Of a stretch of 64,000 nucleotides of DNA, positions 18,369 to 27,331 are shown in pieces. Below the pieces are notes generated by a model. That model did not search any database and had not been told where the DNA came from. It saw nothing but the letters and a program-made list of their open reading frames with translations. How positions within the stretch are numbered: position 1 is the first letter of the stretch; the number at the start of each line of letters is the position of its first letter. The position numbers and the translations under genes were made by a program. Source of the DNA: Nitrospina sp. UBA6727 (GTDB lineage Bacteria > Nitrospinota > Nitrospinia > Nitrospinales > VA-1); NCBI GenBank assembly GCA_002454045.1, contig DKID01000026.1:691-64690 (forward strand), written 5' to 3'.

Positions 18369-21170
18369 ATGGCAATGAAAGACACGCTCAATTTGCCCAG
18401 TACAGATTTTCCGATGAAAGCCAACCTGACTCGGCTGGAGCCAGAATTGTTGGCGCGCTGGGAAAAGGAAAAGCTGTACGAAAAAATCCGCCAGTCCGCC
18501 AAGGGAAAACCCAAATTTGTTTTTCATGATGGCCCGCCTTATGCCAACGGTCATATTCATATTGGCCACGCATTGAACAAACTCCTGAAAGATTTCATCG
18601 TCAAAATTATGAACATGAAGGGGTTCGATTCTGGGTTCATACCCGGATGGGATTGTCACGGTCTTCCCATTGAACATCAGGTAGGCAAAAAGATTAAGGA
18701 AAAAAAACTGCGCTTGGAAAAATCTGAAATCCGCAAACAATGCCGGGTTTATGCTCGGGAGTTTATCGATATCCAAAGGGAAGAGTTTAAAAGGTTGGGG
18801 GTGTTCGCCGATTGGGAGAACCCTTATCTGACGATGGACTTTTCCTATGAAGCGACCATTGTGCAGGAGTTCGGGAAGTTTGTCGAAAAAGGACTGGTGT
18901 ATAAAGGTCTCAAGCCAGTCCATTGGTGTACTTCCTGCGAGACCGCTTTGGCTGAAGCCGAGGTGGAACATGGCGAACATACATCGCCGTCTATCTATGT
19001 AAAATTTCCGGTGCAGTCTGGAATTCCCAAAAGCATCGCGGCGTTGAATTCTGAAAAACTATATGTCGTTATCTGGACTACAACCCCGTGGACTCTCCCC
19101 GCCAATCTCGCCATCTGTCTGCACCCCGAGTTCGTTTATGTCGCGGTGACTCACGGCGATGAAACCTATGTCGTGGCTGAAGATCGATTGTCGACGCTGG
19201 CCGCCGAATGGGAGATGAAGGATTATAAAGTATCCGGATTCTGCAAAGGCGCGGACTGGGAGAACGCGGTTTGTCGTCATCCTTTCATAAACCGAAAATC
19301 TAAAGTCATCTTGGGGGAGCATGTTACTTTGGAACAAGGAACCGGTTGCGTCCACGTCGCGCCGGGGCACGGGCAGGAAGACTATGTCGTCGGCTTGCGA
19401 TATGGCTTGGAGCCTTACAATCCCGTTGATGACAGAGGCGTCTTTCAATCTGATGTGGAACACTTCGGCGGAATGTTTGTCAGGAAAGCCAATCCGAAAA
19501 TTATCCAAAAACTCAAGCAAGATGGTTTTTTGATTCGCGAAGGAAACATCAAACATTCCTATCCGCATTGTTGGCGATGCCATCAGCCCATTATTTTCAG
19601 GGCGACAAACCAGTGGTTTATTGCAATGGATAAAAAAGATTTGCGTAAAAATGCTTTAGACGGAATTGGTCGCACGAAGTGGATTCCGCGGTGGGGCAGG
19701 GACCGGATTTACAGCATGATTGAAAACCGCCCCGACTGGTGCATTTCTCGGCAAAGGGTCTGGGGAGTTCCGATTACTTTGCTCACCTGTAACGCCTGCG
19801 GAGATTTTATAAACTCCAGCGATTTGTTTGAGCGAATTGTGGAAGGGGTGGAAAAGCGCGGGTCAGATTTCTGGTTTGATAGCTCGCCCGAAGAACTGCT
19901 GCCGAAGGGAACGGTTTGCCAGTGTGGCGGAAAATTTTTTTCTAAGGAGGACGATATTCTGGATGTCTGGTTTGATTCTGGTGTCAGCCATGTTGCAGTT
20001 GTCGAAAAAAATCCAGAACTTCACTGGCCGGCCGATCTCTATCTCGAAGGTAGCGACCAGCACCGCGGATGGTTTCATAGTTCATTGCTGGAATCAATCG
20101 GGACAAGAGGCGAAGAGCCTTATAAATCGGTGCTGACCCACGGTTATGTGGTGGACGGGAAAGGTAAAAAAATGTCGAAGTCCGTCGGCGATGTGGTTGC
20201 TCCCCAAAAAATCATCGACCAGTACGGCGCGGAAATACTCCGCCTTTGGGTTGCATCAGAAAACTACCGCGAAGATATCCGCGTTTCCGATGAGATTTTA
20301 AAACGCCTCGTGGAAACGTACAGAAAAATCCGTAATACCTTGCGTTATCTGTTGGGGAATCTTTACGATTTCGATTACAAGGAAGACCGTGTGCCGATGG
20401 ATGAAATGTTTGAACTAGACCGATATATTCTTCATCGCTTTAATATTTTGCGAGGAAAAATATTAGCCGCTTATGAGAACTACGAATTTCATGCGTGTTA
20501 CCATTCGTTCTCAAACTTTTGCATCGTTGAGTTGAGCGCGTTTTATCTGGATATCTTGAAGGATAGACTATACACCTATCCGGTTAAATCCCGCGGTCGG
20601 CGTTCGGGGCAAACCGCTCTGCATATTCTTTTGATGGGGATAGTGAGATTGATAGCCCCCATCCTCAGTTTTACCGCCGAGGAAGTTTGGCGTCATCTGC
20701 CCAAGAATAGCGCGGTCGAAGCAAGTGTTCACATGGCGCAGTTCCCAGATGCGGCGGACGTAAATTTTGACGAAGCCCTCATAAAGAGATGGGAGTTTCT
20801 CGTTGGACTAAAAGGCGAGGTCAGTAAGGCCCTGGAAACAAGTAGAAGGGATAAAGTCATCGGCCACTCTTTAGATTCCGTTGTCAAACTTGAATTGCCC
20901 GATAATTTCAAGAGCATCGTTGAAAACTTTGAAGACGAATTGAAATATATCTTCATCGTTTCCAAAGTAGAGTTGGTCGACAGTTTAGGCGCGGAAGAAA
21001 AAATATTTACGAGTGATTCATTGCAAGGGGTGAAGGTTTTTTCGGAAATGCACCCCGGGAAAAAATGCGAACGTTGCTGGCATTATTTTGAATTAGATGT
21101 TGAAGCGGGAAAGGCGGTCGGCAAAATTTGTTCGCGCTGTGAAGACCACCTTCAGGCGGCAGGAGCTTGA
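18369..21170 (+). CDS. ileS: Isoleucine--tRNA ligase (type 1)
   Basis: HDGPPYANGHIHIGH, PGWDCHGLPIE, WTTTPWTLP, DWCISRQR, KMSKS and C-terminal CERC...CSRC zinc finger. Confidence 0.98.
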   Translation: MAMKDTLNLPSTDFPMKANLTRLEPELLARWEKEKLYEKIRQSAKGKPKFVFHDGPPYANGHIHIGHALNKLLKDFIVKIMNMKGFDSGFIPGWDCHGLPIEHQVGKKIKEKKLRLEKSEIRKQCRVYAREFIDIQREEFKRLGVFADWENPYLTMDFSYEATIVQEFGKFVEKGLVYKGLKPVHWCTSCETALAEAEVEHGEHTSPSIYVKFPVQSGIPKSIAALNSEKLYVVIWTTTPWTLPANLAICLHPEFVYVAVTHGDETYVVAEDRLSTLAAEWEMKDYKVSGFCKGADWENAVCRHPFINRKSKVILGEHVTLEQGTGCVHVAPGHGQEDYVVGLRYGLEPYNPVDDRGVFQSDVEHFGGMFVRKANPKIIQKLKQDGFLIREGNIKHSYPHCWRCHQPIIFRATNQWFIAMDKKDLRKNALDGIGRTKWIPRWGRDRIYSMIENRPDWCISRQRVWGVPITLLTCNACGDFINSSDLFERIVEGVEKRGSDFWFDSSPEELLPKGTVCQCGGKFFSKEDDILDVWFDSGVSHVAVVEKNPELHWPADLYLEGSDQHRGWFHSSLLESIGTRGEEPYKSVLTHGYVVDGKGKKMSKSVGDVVAPQKIIDQYGAEILRLWVASENYREDIRVSDEILKRLVETYRKIRNTLRYLLGNLYDFDYKEDRVPMDEMFELDRYILHRFNILRGKILAAYENYEFHACYHSFSNFCIVELSAFYLDILKDRLYTYPVKSRGRRSGQTALHILLMGIVRLIAPILSFTAEEVWRHLPKNSAVEASVHMAQFPDAADVNFDEALIKRWEFLVGLKGEVSKALETSRRDKVIGHSLDSVVKLELPDNFKSIVENFEDELKYIFIVSKVELVDSLGAEEKIFTSDSLQGVKVFSEMHPGKKCERCWHYFELDVEAGKAVGKICSRCEDHLQAAGA

Positions 21171-21173
21171 GGT

Positions 21174-21677
21174 TTGAAAAATAAATATTTCCTTCTGTCT
21201 ATTATTTCCGGGGTCTTAATCGTAATAGATCAATACACCAAGTTCATGGTGACGTTTTATATTCCGCTCAATTATTCCGTGGAGGTGGTTGAAGGATTTT
21301 TCAATCTAACCCATATTCGAAATTCCGGGGTGGCGTTTGGGCTGTTCGCAGATCGGCAATTCGAATATAAAGCCTTCATGTTCATCGTCATTTCCACCAT
21401 CGCAATTTTCGCGATCCTTATGATTTTGCATCGGAACCCTGCAGAAAAAAAATTAGTGCAAACCGGATTGATTTTAATATTCAGCGGCGCGATCGGCAAC
21501 CTCATCGACAGAACCCTGCACGGCGAGGTGATCGACTTCTTCGATTTCGTCATCAGCGGGCATCACTTTCCAGCTTTCAATGTCGCAGACTCCTGCATAA
21601 CCATCGGCGTAGCCTTAATGGTAGCAGACTTGTTCAGCGGGAAATCGCCGACGGACTCCTCCGCCAAAGTCATTTGA
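21174..21677 (+). CDS. lspA: Lipoprotein signal peptidase II
   Basis: DQYTK, NSGVAFG, GAIGNLIDR, VIDF and FNVADS motifs; ileS-lspA synteny. Confidence 0.96.
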   Translation: MKNKYFLLSIISGVLIVIDQYTKFMVTFYIPLNYSVEVVEGFFNLTHIRNSGVAFGLFADRQFEYKAFMFIVISTIAIFAILMILHRNPAEKKLVQTGLILIFSGAIGNLIDRTLHGEVIDFFDFVISGHHFPAFNVADSCITIGVALMVADLFSGKSPTDSSAKVI

Positions 21678-21690
21678 TCCCCTGCCGTTT

Positions 21691-21999
21691 TTAAATTGGA
21701 AAGTTTGTAGCGGTCAAATTATATTCCTTGAACTCAAGCGGGTCGATGGTTTCCGGATATAAGACGTTGACGAAATGTTCCGCCTCTTTAGAAGAACGAT
21801 GTAGCGTCAGAGCCACTTCATCCTTGAACGCCATGACATGTAAAAACGCGTAGGGGTTTAGTATTTCCTGTTGCGCCATATAAAAAAGTGTTTCCTCCTC
21901 ATTTTCTTTAACGTGGTTGACCAAAACTTGAATCGCTTTTTTGCAACGGTCTACAGCATGAGGCCGTACTTGATAGCGGGCTGTCATTAAGATGGGCAT
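21691..21999 (-). CDS. Dimeric alpha/beta barrel (ABM-like) small protein
   Basis: 102 aa with an ABM-like pattern (..V..EE.TL.Y......P..F.....FKDE.AL..H..S). AAGGAG SD upstream. Confidence 0.65.
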   Translation of the reverse strand: MPILMTARYQVRPHAVDRCKKAIQVLVNHVKENEEETLFYMAQQEILNPYAFLHVMAFKDEVALTLHRSSKEAEHFVNVLYPETIDPLEFKEYNLTATNFPI

Positions 22000-22125
22000 A
22001 AAAAACTCCTTCGAAAAATTAGGATGAGGTCGGCGAATGTTAATCGGAAAATATTATAGGACAAAAAATAATTTCGCAGAGGACTCTGCCGGATTGACGG
22101 TCGATTAAAAACTTCGAGGCTTTTT

Positions 22126-23439
22126 ATGGGATACAAAAAAGAACGCGGGTTGTGGGAATCTTATGAGCAGGACGCAGAAAAAACCGCCGCGGAAATTTTT
22201 TGCCCGGCGCGGATTTCGCGGCGCGACTTTGTCAAGAAAAGCGGCTTGGTCGCTTTGATGGTCGCCTTCGGAACGCAGGTTCCTTTCTTGCGAAACTTGC
22301 CCGCCGGCTTCATCCCCGTCGCCTTCGCGGAGGCGGACGAAGATTTTGTCATCCCCGGAAAAAACGGTCTTCGGCTTCTCAACGACCGACCGATCAACGC
22401 GGAAACGCCGCCCCATCTTTTGGATGACAACATCACTCCCGTCGCGAGACACTTCGTCCGCAACAACGGTTTGGTGCCGCCGTCCGCAAATGTTTTGGCG
22501 TCGGCGAAAGAGTGGATGCTGTCGATTGATGGTGAAGTGCATCGGCCTCTGCAACTTTCTATCGAACAATTGCAACGGTTTGAATATCACACTTACGACC
22601 TCACCGTTGAGTGCGGCGGCAACGGCAGGGCGGGATACAATCCTCCCGTCAAAGGCAACCAATGGTCGCTGGGCGCCGTCGGTTGCGCGCGATACGGCGG
22701 CGTTCTAATGCGAGATGTTCTGCGCGCGTCGGGACTCAAAACTTCCGCCTTTTACACGGGCTATTATGGTGCGGACATTCACTTAAGCGGCGACCCAAAA
22801 CGCGTGGTGATTTCCCGCGGCACTCCTATCGAGAAAGCGATGAATGAATACACGATGATTGCTTGGGAGATGAACGGCAAACCGTTGTCCGCCTTGCATG
22901 GATTTCCGTTGCGCGTGGTTACCCCCGGATGGCCGGGTTCCGTTTCGATGAAATGGCTGAACCGTATTTGGGTTCGCGACGTTGAACATGACGGACCGAA
23001 GATGACGGGCAAGGCTTACCGCGTCCCAAAATATCCCGTGCCTCCCGGTAGTAAAGTTCCCGACGCGGACATGAAAATTATCGAATCCATGCCGGTCAAA
23101 TCTCTCATCACTTTCCCGAAGACCCGCGGCCGACACGACTTGAGAACCGCTTTCCATTTACGCGGACATGCGTGGGCGGGGGAGCGCTCGGTGAAGCAGA
23201 TGCATGTGTCTTTTGATTTTGGTCAAAACTGGATTCGGGCTGACCTCAAGCAACCCGCCAACCGTTACGCCTGGCAACACTGGAAGGCGGCTCTCAATTT
23301 TCCCAGCCGCGGATATTACGAAGTGTGGGCGCGCGCGACCGACAGCAACGGGAGTATGCAACCCACGGTCGTCCCCGGTTGGAATCCGAAAGGCTATTTG
23401 AACAACGCCATGCACCGCATTGCCGTCACGGTGTTTTGA
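22126..23439 (+). CDS. sorA: Tat-exported molybdopterin sulfite oxidoreductase, SorA-like
   Basis: Twin-Arg ISRRDFVK, NAETP, FVRNN, ECGGNGR (Mo-ligating Cys), MNGKPL...HGFPLR...PGWPG..S.KWL and WNPKGYLNN. Confidence 0.88.
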   Translation: MGYKKERGLWESYEQDAEKTAAEIFCPARISRRDFVKKSGLVALMVAFGTQVPFLRNLPAGFIPVAFAEADEDFVIPGKNGLRLLNDRPINAETPPHLLDDNITPVARHFVRNNGLVPPSANVLASAKEWMLSIDGEVHRPLQLSIEQLQRFEYHTYDLTVECGGNGRAGYNPPVKGNQWSLGAVGCARYGGVLMRDVLRASGLKTSAFYTGYYGADIHLSGDPKRVVISRGTPIEKAMNEYTMIAWEMNGKPLSALHGFPLRVVTPGWPGSVSMKWLNRIWVRDVEHDGPKMTGKAYRVPKYPVPPGSKVPDADMKIIESMPVKSLITFPKTRGRHDLRTAFHLRGHAWAGERSVKQMHVSFDFGQNWIRADLKQPANRYAWQHWKAALNFPSRGYYEVWARATDSNGSMQPTVVPGWNPKGYLNNAMHRIAVTVF

Positions 23440-23459
23440 GATTAACGACGGTGGAAAAA

Positions 23460-23846
23460 ATGAATTCGAAAATTTTTGTGATCCTGTTGGAAGTATGGAT
23501 TGCTAGTTTATTTTTTCCACTCAACCCGACTCTGGCTGGCGAGGATGAGTTTCCCCGTGGAAAGGGACGAAGCTTGGTGGTCGAAACTTGCACCACCTGT
23601 CATTCCTCAAAGTTAGTTTTACAAAACGGAATGACCCGTGAAAACTGGGATGTCACCATCACTTGGATGCAGGAAAAACAAGGCTTGCGGGAGCTAACAA
23701 AAAAGGACAGGAAAACCATTCTCGATTATTTATCAATGGTTCTAAATGTTCGCGCGGAAAATTCTAACCCCGCGGCTCCAGTCATGAAAGAAGCGCCTAG
23801 AAAATTCCGGGTCTATCAGTATGACTACAAACCCAATCGACTGTAA
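23460..23846 (+). CDS. Monoheme cytochrome c, SorB-like partner
   Basis: Signal peptide, CTTCHS heme motif and W...ITWMQEKQGL. Directly downstream of sorA; start ATG 23460. Confidence 0.85.
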   Translation: MNSKIFVILLEVWIASLFFPLNPTLAGEDEFPRGKGRSLVVETCTTCHSSKLVLQNGMTRENWDVTITWMQEKQGLRELTKKDRKTILDYLSMVLNVRAENSNPAAPVMKEAPRKFRVYQYDYKPNRL

Positions 23847-23851
23847 CCGTT

Positions 23852-24433
23852 TTGTCTAGTTCAAGCCGACAAATTCTATCGTCCCGAAAATTCTTTCCCG
23901 CAATCATCCTGTTGGTCATCCCTCAAAACCGTTTTTGTGATCAACAATTATCGGAATTGAAATCTGTTTTTGAAGAGATACCATTAGAGTCTATTATCCT
24001 TTCCAAGTCAGGGAACGACGCGGTTGGAGAAAAGAAAACCAAGGTGCACCCTGATGGGATTTTAGTTGATTGGGATAAGATGTCGTTGCCAAATAAAAAA
24101 TACGATGCGGTGGTGGTTGTAGGAGGGAAGGGCGCGAAAAATTCGATATGGAACGATCCGATTCTGCCGCAAATTTTAACGGATCATTTTCGGGCGGGAA
24201 AAGTGGTCGCGGCGTTGGGATTATCAGTGGTTTCTTTGGCGCGCGCTGGACTCCTTACTCGTCAGACGACTTCTTCCCCAGATGATGAAACATGTATTCG
24301 GGAACTTGAAGATGCCGGAGCTTTCGTCGTCGCAGACGCTCTTACTTCTTCCAACCGTATTGTGACGGCGGGGGATGACTCGGGTGGCAGGGCGGTTGGA
24401 AAAAAAATTCTAGAACTTTTAGGTTTTAATTGA
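23852..24433 (+). CDS. DJ-1/PfpI-family protein lacking the catalytic Cys
   Basis: YDAVVVVGGKGA, GKVVAAL, LARAGLL and RIVTAG fold motifs. Confidence 0.8.
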   Translation: MSSSSRQILSSRKFFPAIILLVIPQNRFCDQQLSELKSVFEEIPLESIILSKSGNDAVGEKKTKVHPDGILVDWDKMSLPNKKYDAVVVVGGKGAKNSIWNDPILPQILTDHFRAGKVVAALGLSVVSLARAGLLTRQTTSSPDDETCIRELEDAGAFVVADALTSSNRIVTAGDDSGGRAVGKKILELLGFN

Positions 24434-24507
24434 ACGCTACGTTTGCCGTCCTTCGGGATTTATATTTTTTCAGAACGTAAAGAGTCGGAGAATAAAAGGC
24501 GGCGGGG

Positions 24508-25011
24508 TTATCTATAGTTCGTGAACGACATATCAATTCCGAAGTCTTTTTCTTTCAGACCTGCTATGACAGATTGCAACTCATCTTTGTCTTTTCCGCT
24601 CACCCGAACTTGGTCGTCCATTATTTGGGCTTGTATTTTTTTCAGCCCCATGCCTTTTATAAACTTCACGATTTCTTTCCCCTTATCTTGAGAGATTCCC
24701 TGTTGTATGGCGATAACCTGTTTGACTGAATCTCCAGAAGCGGGCTCAACTTTTCCATAGTCCAATGCTTTGACGGATACTTTTCTTTTGATGAGTTTGC
24801 TTTGCAAAATATCGATGACGGAGTTCAGCTTGTGCCCATCATCCGCATTGATAGTTACTTGAGCTTTTTTTAAATCCAGCGCAACCTGACTTTTGCTTTC
24901 TTTAAAATCGAACCGTTGTCTGATTTCAAGCATTGTCTGGTTGCAGGCGTTTTGAACCTCCGCCAAATCGGTGACGGAGGCAATGTCAAAGGATGAGTTT
25001 TTGGAGGCCAT
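24508..25011 (-). CDS. yajQ: YajQ nucleotide/c-di-GMP-binding protein
   Basis: SFDIAS, RFDFK, QGI...K.IVK.IK and QAQIMDDQVRVSGKDKDELQ...FTNYR. Confidence 0.95.
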   Translation of the reverse strand: MASKNSSFDIASVTDLAEVQNACNQTMLEIRQRFDFKESKSQVALDLKKAQVTINADDGHKLNSVIDILQSKLIKRKVSVKALDYGKVEPASGDSVKQVIAIQQGISQDKGKEIVKFIKGMGLKKIQAQIMDDQVRVSGKDKDELQSVIAGLKEKDFGIDMSFTNYR

Positions 25012-25077
25012 ACTTTAATTGTGAATTGTGGCTCGGATGCTTGGTCGGTGAACATCTGTTGCGGTGAAATAAAATTA

Positions 25078-26427
25078 TTAGATTATGCCGTAGGCAATCA
25101 TCGCTTCGGCGACTTTTACGAAGCCGGCAATGTTCGCCCCTTTAACATAATCAACGCGATCTTTTTCTGTTCCGTAGTTGACGCACTGCCGATGAATATC
25201 GCGCATAATTACTTTTAATCGCTCCTCCAGTTCTTCTTCTTGCCACGAAAGGCGGATGCTGTTCTGGGTCATCTCAAGTCCAGATACCGAGACGCCCCCC
25301 GCGTTGGAGGCTTTCCCCGGCGAGAAAATTATTCCGGCTACGTCGAAAGCTTCAATCGCATCCTTCGTGGTGGGCATGTTGGCGCCTTCCGCGACGGCTT
25401 TGCATCTGTTTTTTATGAGTTGTTTGGCGTCCGATAATTCAAGTTCATTTTGGGTGGCGCAGGGAAATGCTAAATCCGTTTTTATAGACCACGGCTTTGC
25501 GTCTTTGTAGAACTTGCATTTGAATTTTTCGGCGAACTCGGAAATCCTTCCGCGGTGGTTGGTTTTCAAGTCGATAATGAAATCCAATTTTTCTTCGTTC
25601 AATCCATCGGGGTCATGGATGAACCCGGAGGAATCGGATAGAGTCAAAACTTTTCCGCCTAGATGCATTATTTTCTGGGCGCAAAATTGGGCGACATTCC
25701 CGGAGCCGGAGATGACGCAGTTTTTCCCTTTGATGGAGTCGCCGCGATGTTTCAGCATTTCTTCCATGAAGTAAGCGCAACCGTAACCCGTGGCTTCTTT
25801 TCGTATGAGGCTTCCACCAAACTCGAGGGCTTTCCCCGTCAAAGCTCCCGTGAACTTATTTTGCAGGCGCTTGTATTGGCCGAACATATAGCTGATTTCC
25901 CTGGTGCCAACCCCTATATCTCCCGCAGGAACATCCACGTTTTCGCCGATATGTTTTGATAGTTCCGTCATGAATGCCTGACAAAAACGCATGATTTCCC
26001 GTTCCGACTTTCCCTTCGGGTTAAAGTCTGACCCGCCTTTCCCGGACCCCATGGGAAGGGTGGTTAAACTGTTTTTAAATGTTTGTTCAAAACCCAGGAA
26101 CTTGAGAATGCTTAAGTTGACGGAATGATGAAAGCGGAGGCCTCCTTTATAAGGCCCGATGGAGTTGTTAAATTGTATGCGGTAACCGCGGTTGGTACGG
26201 ATGTTCCCTTCATCGTCCTCCCAACAAACCCGGAAAATAATCGTTCGGTCCGGTTCGGTCATTCGTTCTAGGACTCGGTTTTTAATATATTTTGGATGCT
26301 TGTTGATGAAGGGAATCACGCTGGCGGCAACCTCCCTAACCGCCTGATGAAATTCTACTTCGCCGGGCGTTCTCTTTATTAGCCCGTGCATGAACTTGTC
26401 GAGGTCCAAAGTCTCACTTGGTTTCAT
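25078..26427 (-). CDS. gdhA: NADP-specific glutamate dehydrogenase
   Basis: GPYKGGLRFH, GFEQTFKNSLT, GKGGSDFNPKG, DVPAGDIGVG, EATGYG, SGSGNVAQ and PCATQNE motifs. Confidence 0.96.
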   Translation of the reverse strand: MKPSETLDLDKFMHGLIKRTPGEVEFHQAVREVAASVIPFINKHPKYIKNRVLERMTEPDRTIIFRVCWEDDEGNIRTNRGYRIQFNNSIGPYKGGLRFHHSVNLSILKFLGFEQTFKNSLTTLPMGSGKGGSDFNPKGKSEREIMRFCQAFMTELSKHIGENVDVPAGDIGVGTREISYMFGQYKRLQNKFTGALTGKALEFGGSLIRKEATGYGCAYFMEEMLKHRGDSIKGKNCVISGSGNVAQFCAQKIMHLGGKVLTLSDSSGFIHDPDGLNEEKLDFIIDLKTNHRGRISEFAEKFKCKFYKDAKPWSIKTDLAFPCATQNELELSDAKQLIKNRCKAVAEGANMPTTKDAIEAFDVAGIIFSPGKASNAGGVSVSGLEMTQNSIRLSWQEEELEERLKVIMRDIHRQCVNYGTEKDRVDYVKGANIAGFVKVAEAMIAYGII

Positions 26428-26513
26428 GATTGCTATCCAGTAAGTGAACTATGAGTTGCGGAAAAACGAACGTTCCGTGGAGTGAAGCTTGCCCAAAAAA
26501 ACCGGGCTTACCT

Positions 26514-26553
26514 AAAGAAGGGTTACAGACAGACAACGCCGCAACCCTTCTTT
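26514..26553. terminator. Hairpin downstream of tRNA-fMet (probable terminator)
   Basis: AAAGAAGGGTT...AACCCTTCTTT inverted repeat immediately 3' of the tRNA CCA on the minus strand. Confidence 0.55.
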
Positions 26554-26557
26554 TATT

Positions 26558-26634
<77 letters not shown>

Positions 26635-26801
26635 GTAATATAAATTAGACCCTGGACTTTTACTGATTTAAGGCGCATTCGTCAAGAGCCGCAAATTGTT
26701 CTTTTGTATCAACGGCCCTTCTGACTTAGTTTGCCCGTGTATTTCTGAAGGAGAAGAAAACGGGTCCAGATGAAAAAACCCAGAGCCCGATTGTTCTAGA
26801 A

Positions 26802-27149
<348 letters not shown>

Positions 27150-27331
27150 TTACAATCTGTAAAGAGGGATGAACCCTAAGGTTAGTTACATGACACGTTT
27201 CAAACTTCAAAAGAGATCGCCAAAATTGTCCGCGATAAGGAATTTCAAATTATAGTCAAATACGAAACAAGTCAAGAAAATTTTGCAGAAAATTCGTCCC
27301 GCCTTCTCCGTTGATTTGATATGATTTCACC

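Noticed and set aside
23325-23459. N-terminal extension of the cytochrome c ORF
   Set aside because: Overlaps the sorA 3' end; the signal peptide begins at ATG 23460.
27249-27275. TTGACT-15-TATAAT promoter on the minus strand for the ferredoxin
   Set aside because: The hexamers are good but the 15-nt spacer is suboptimal; not listed without TSS data.
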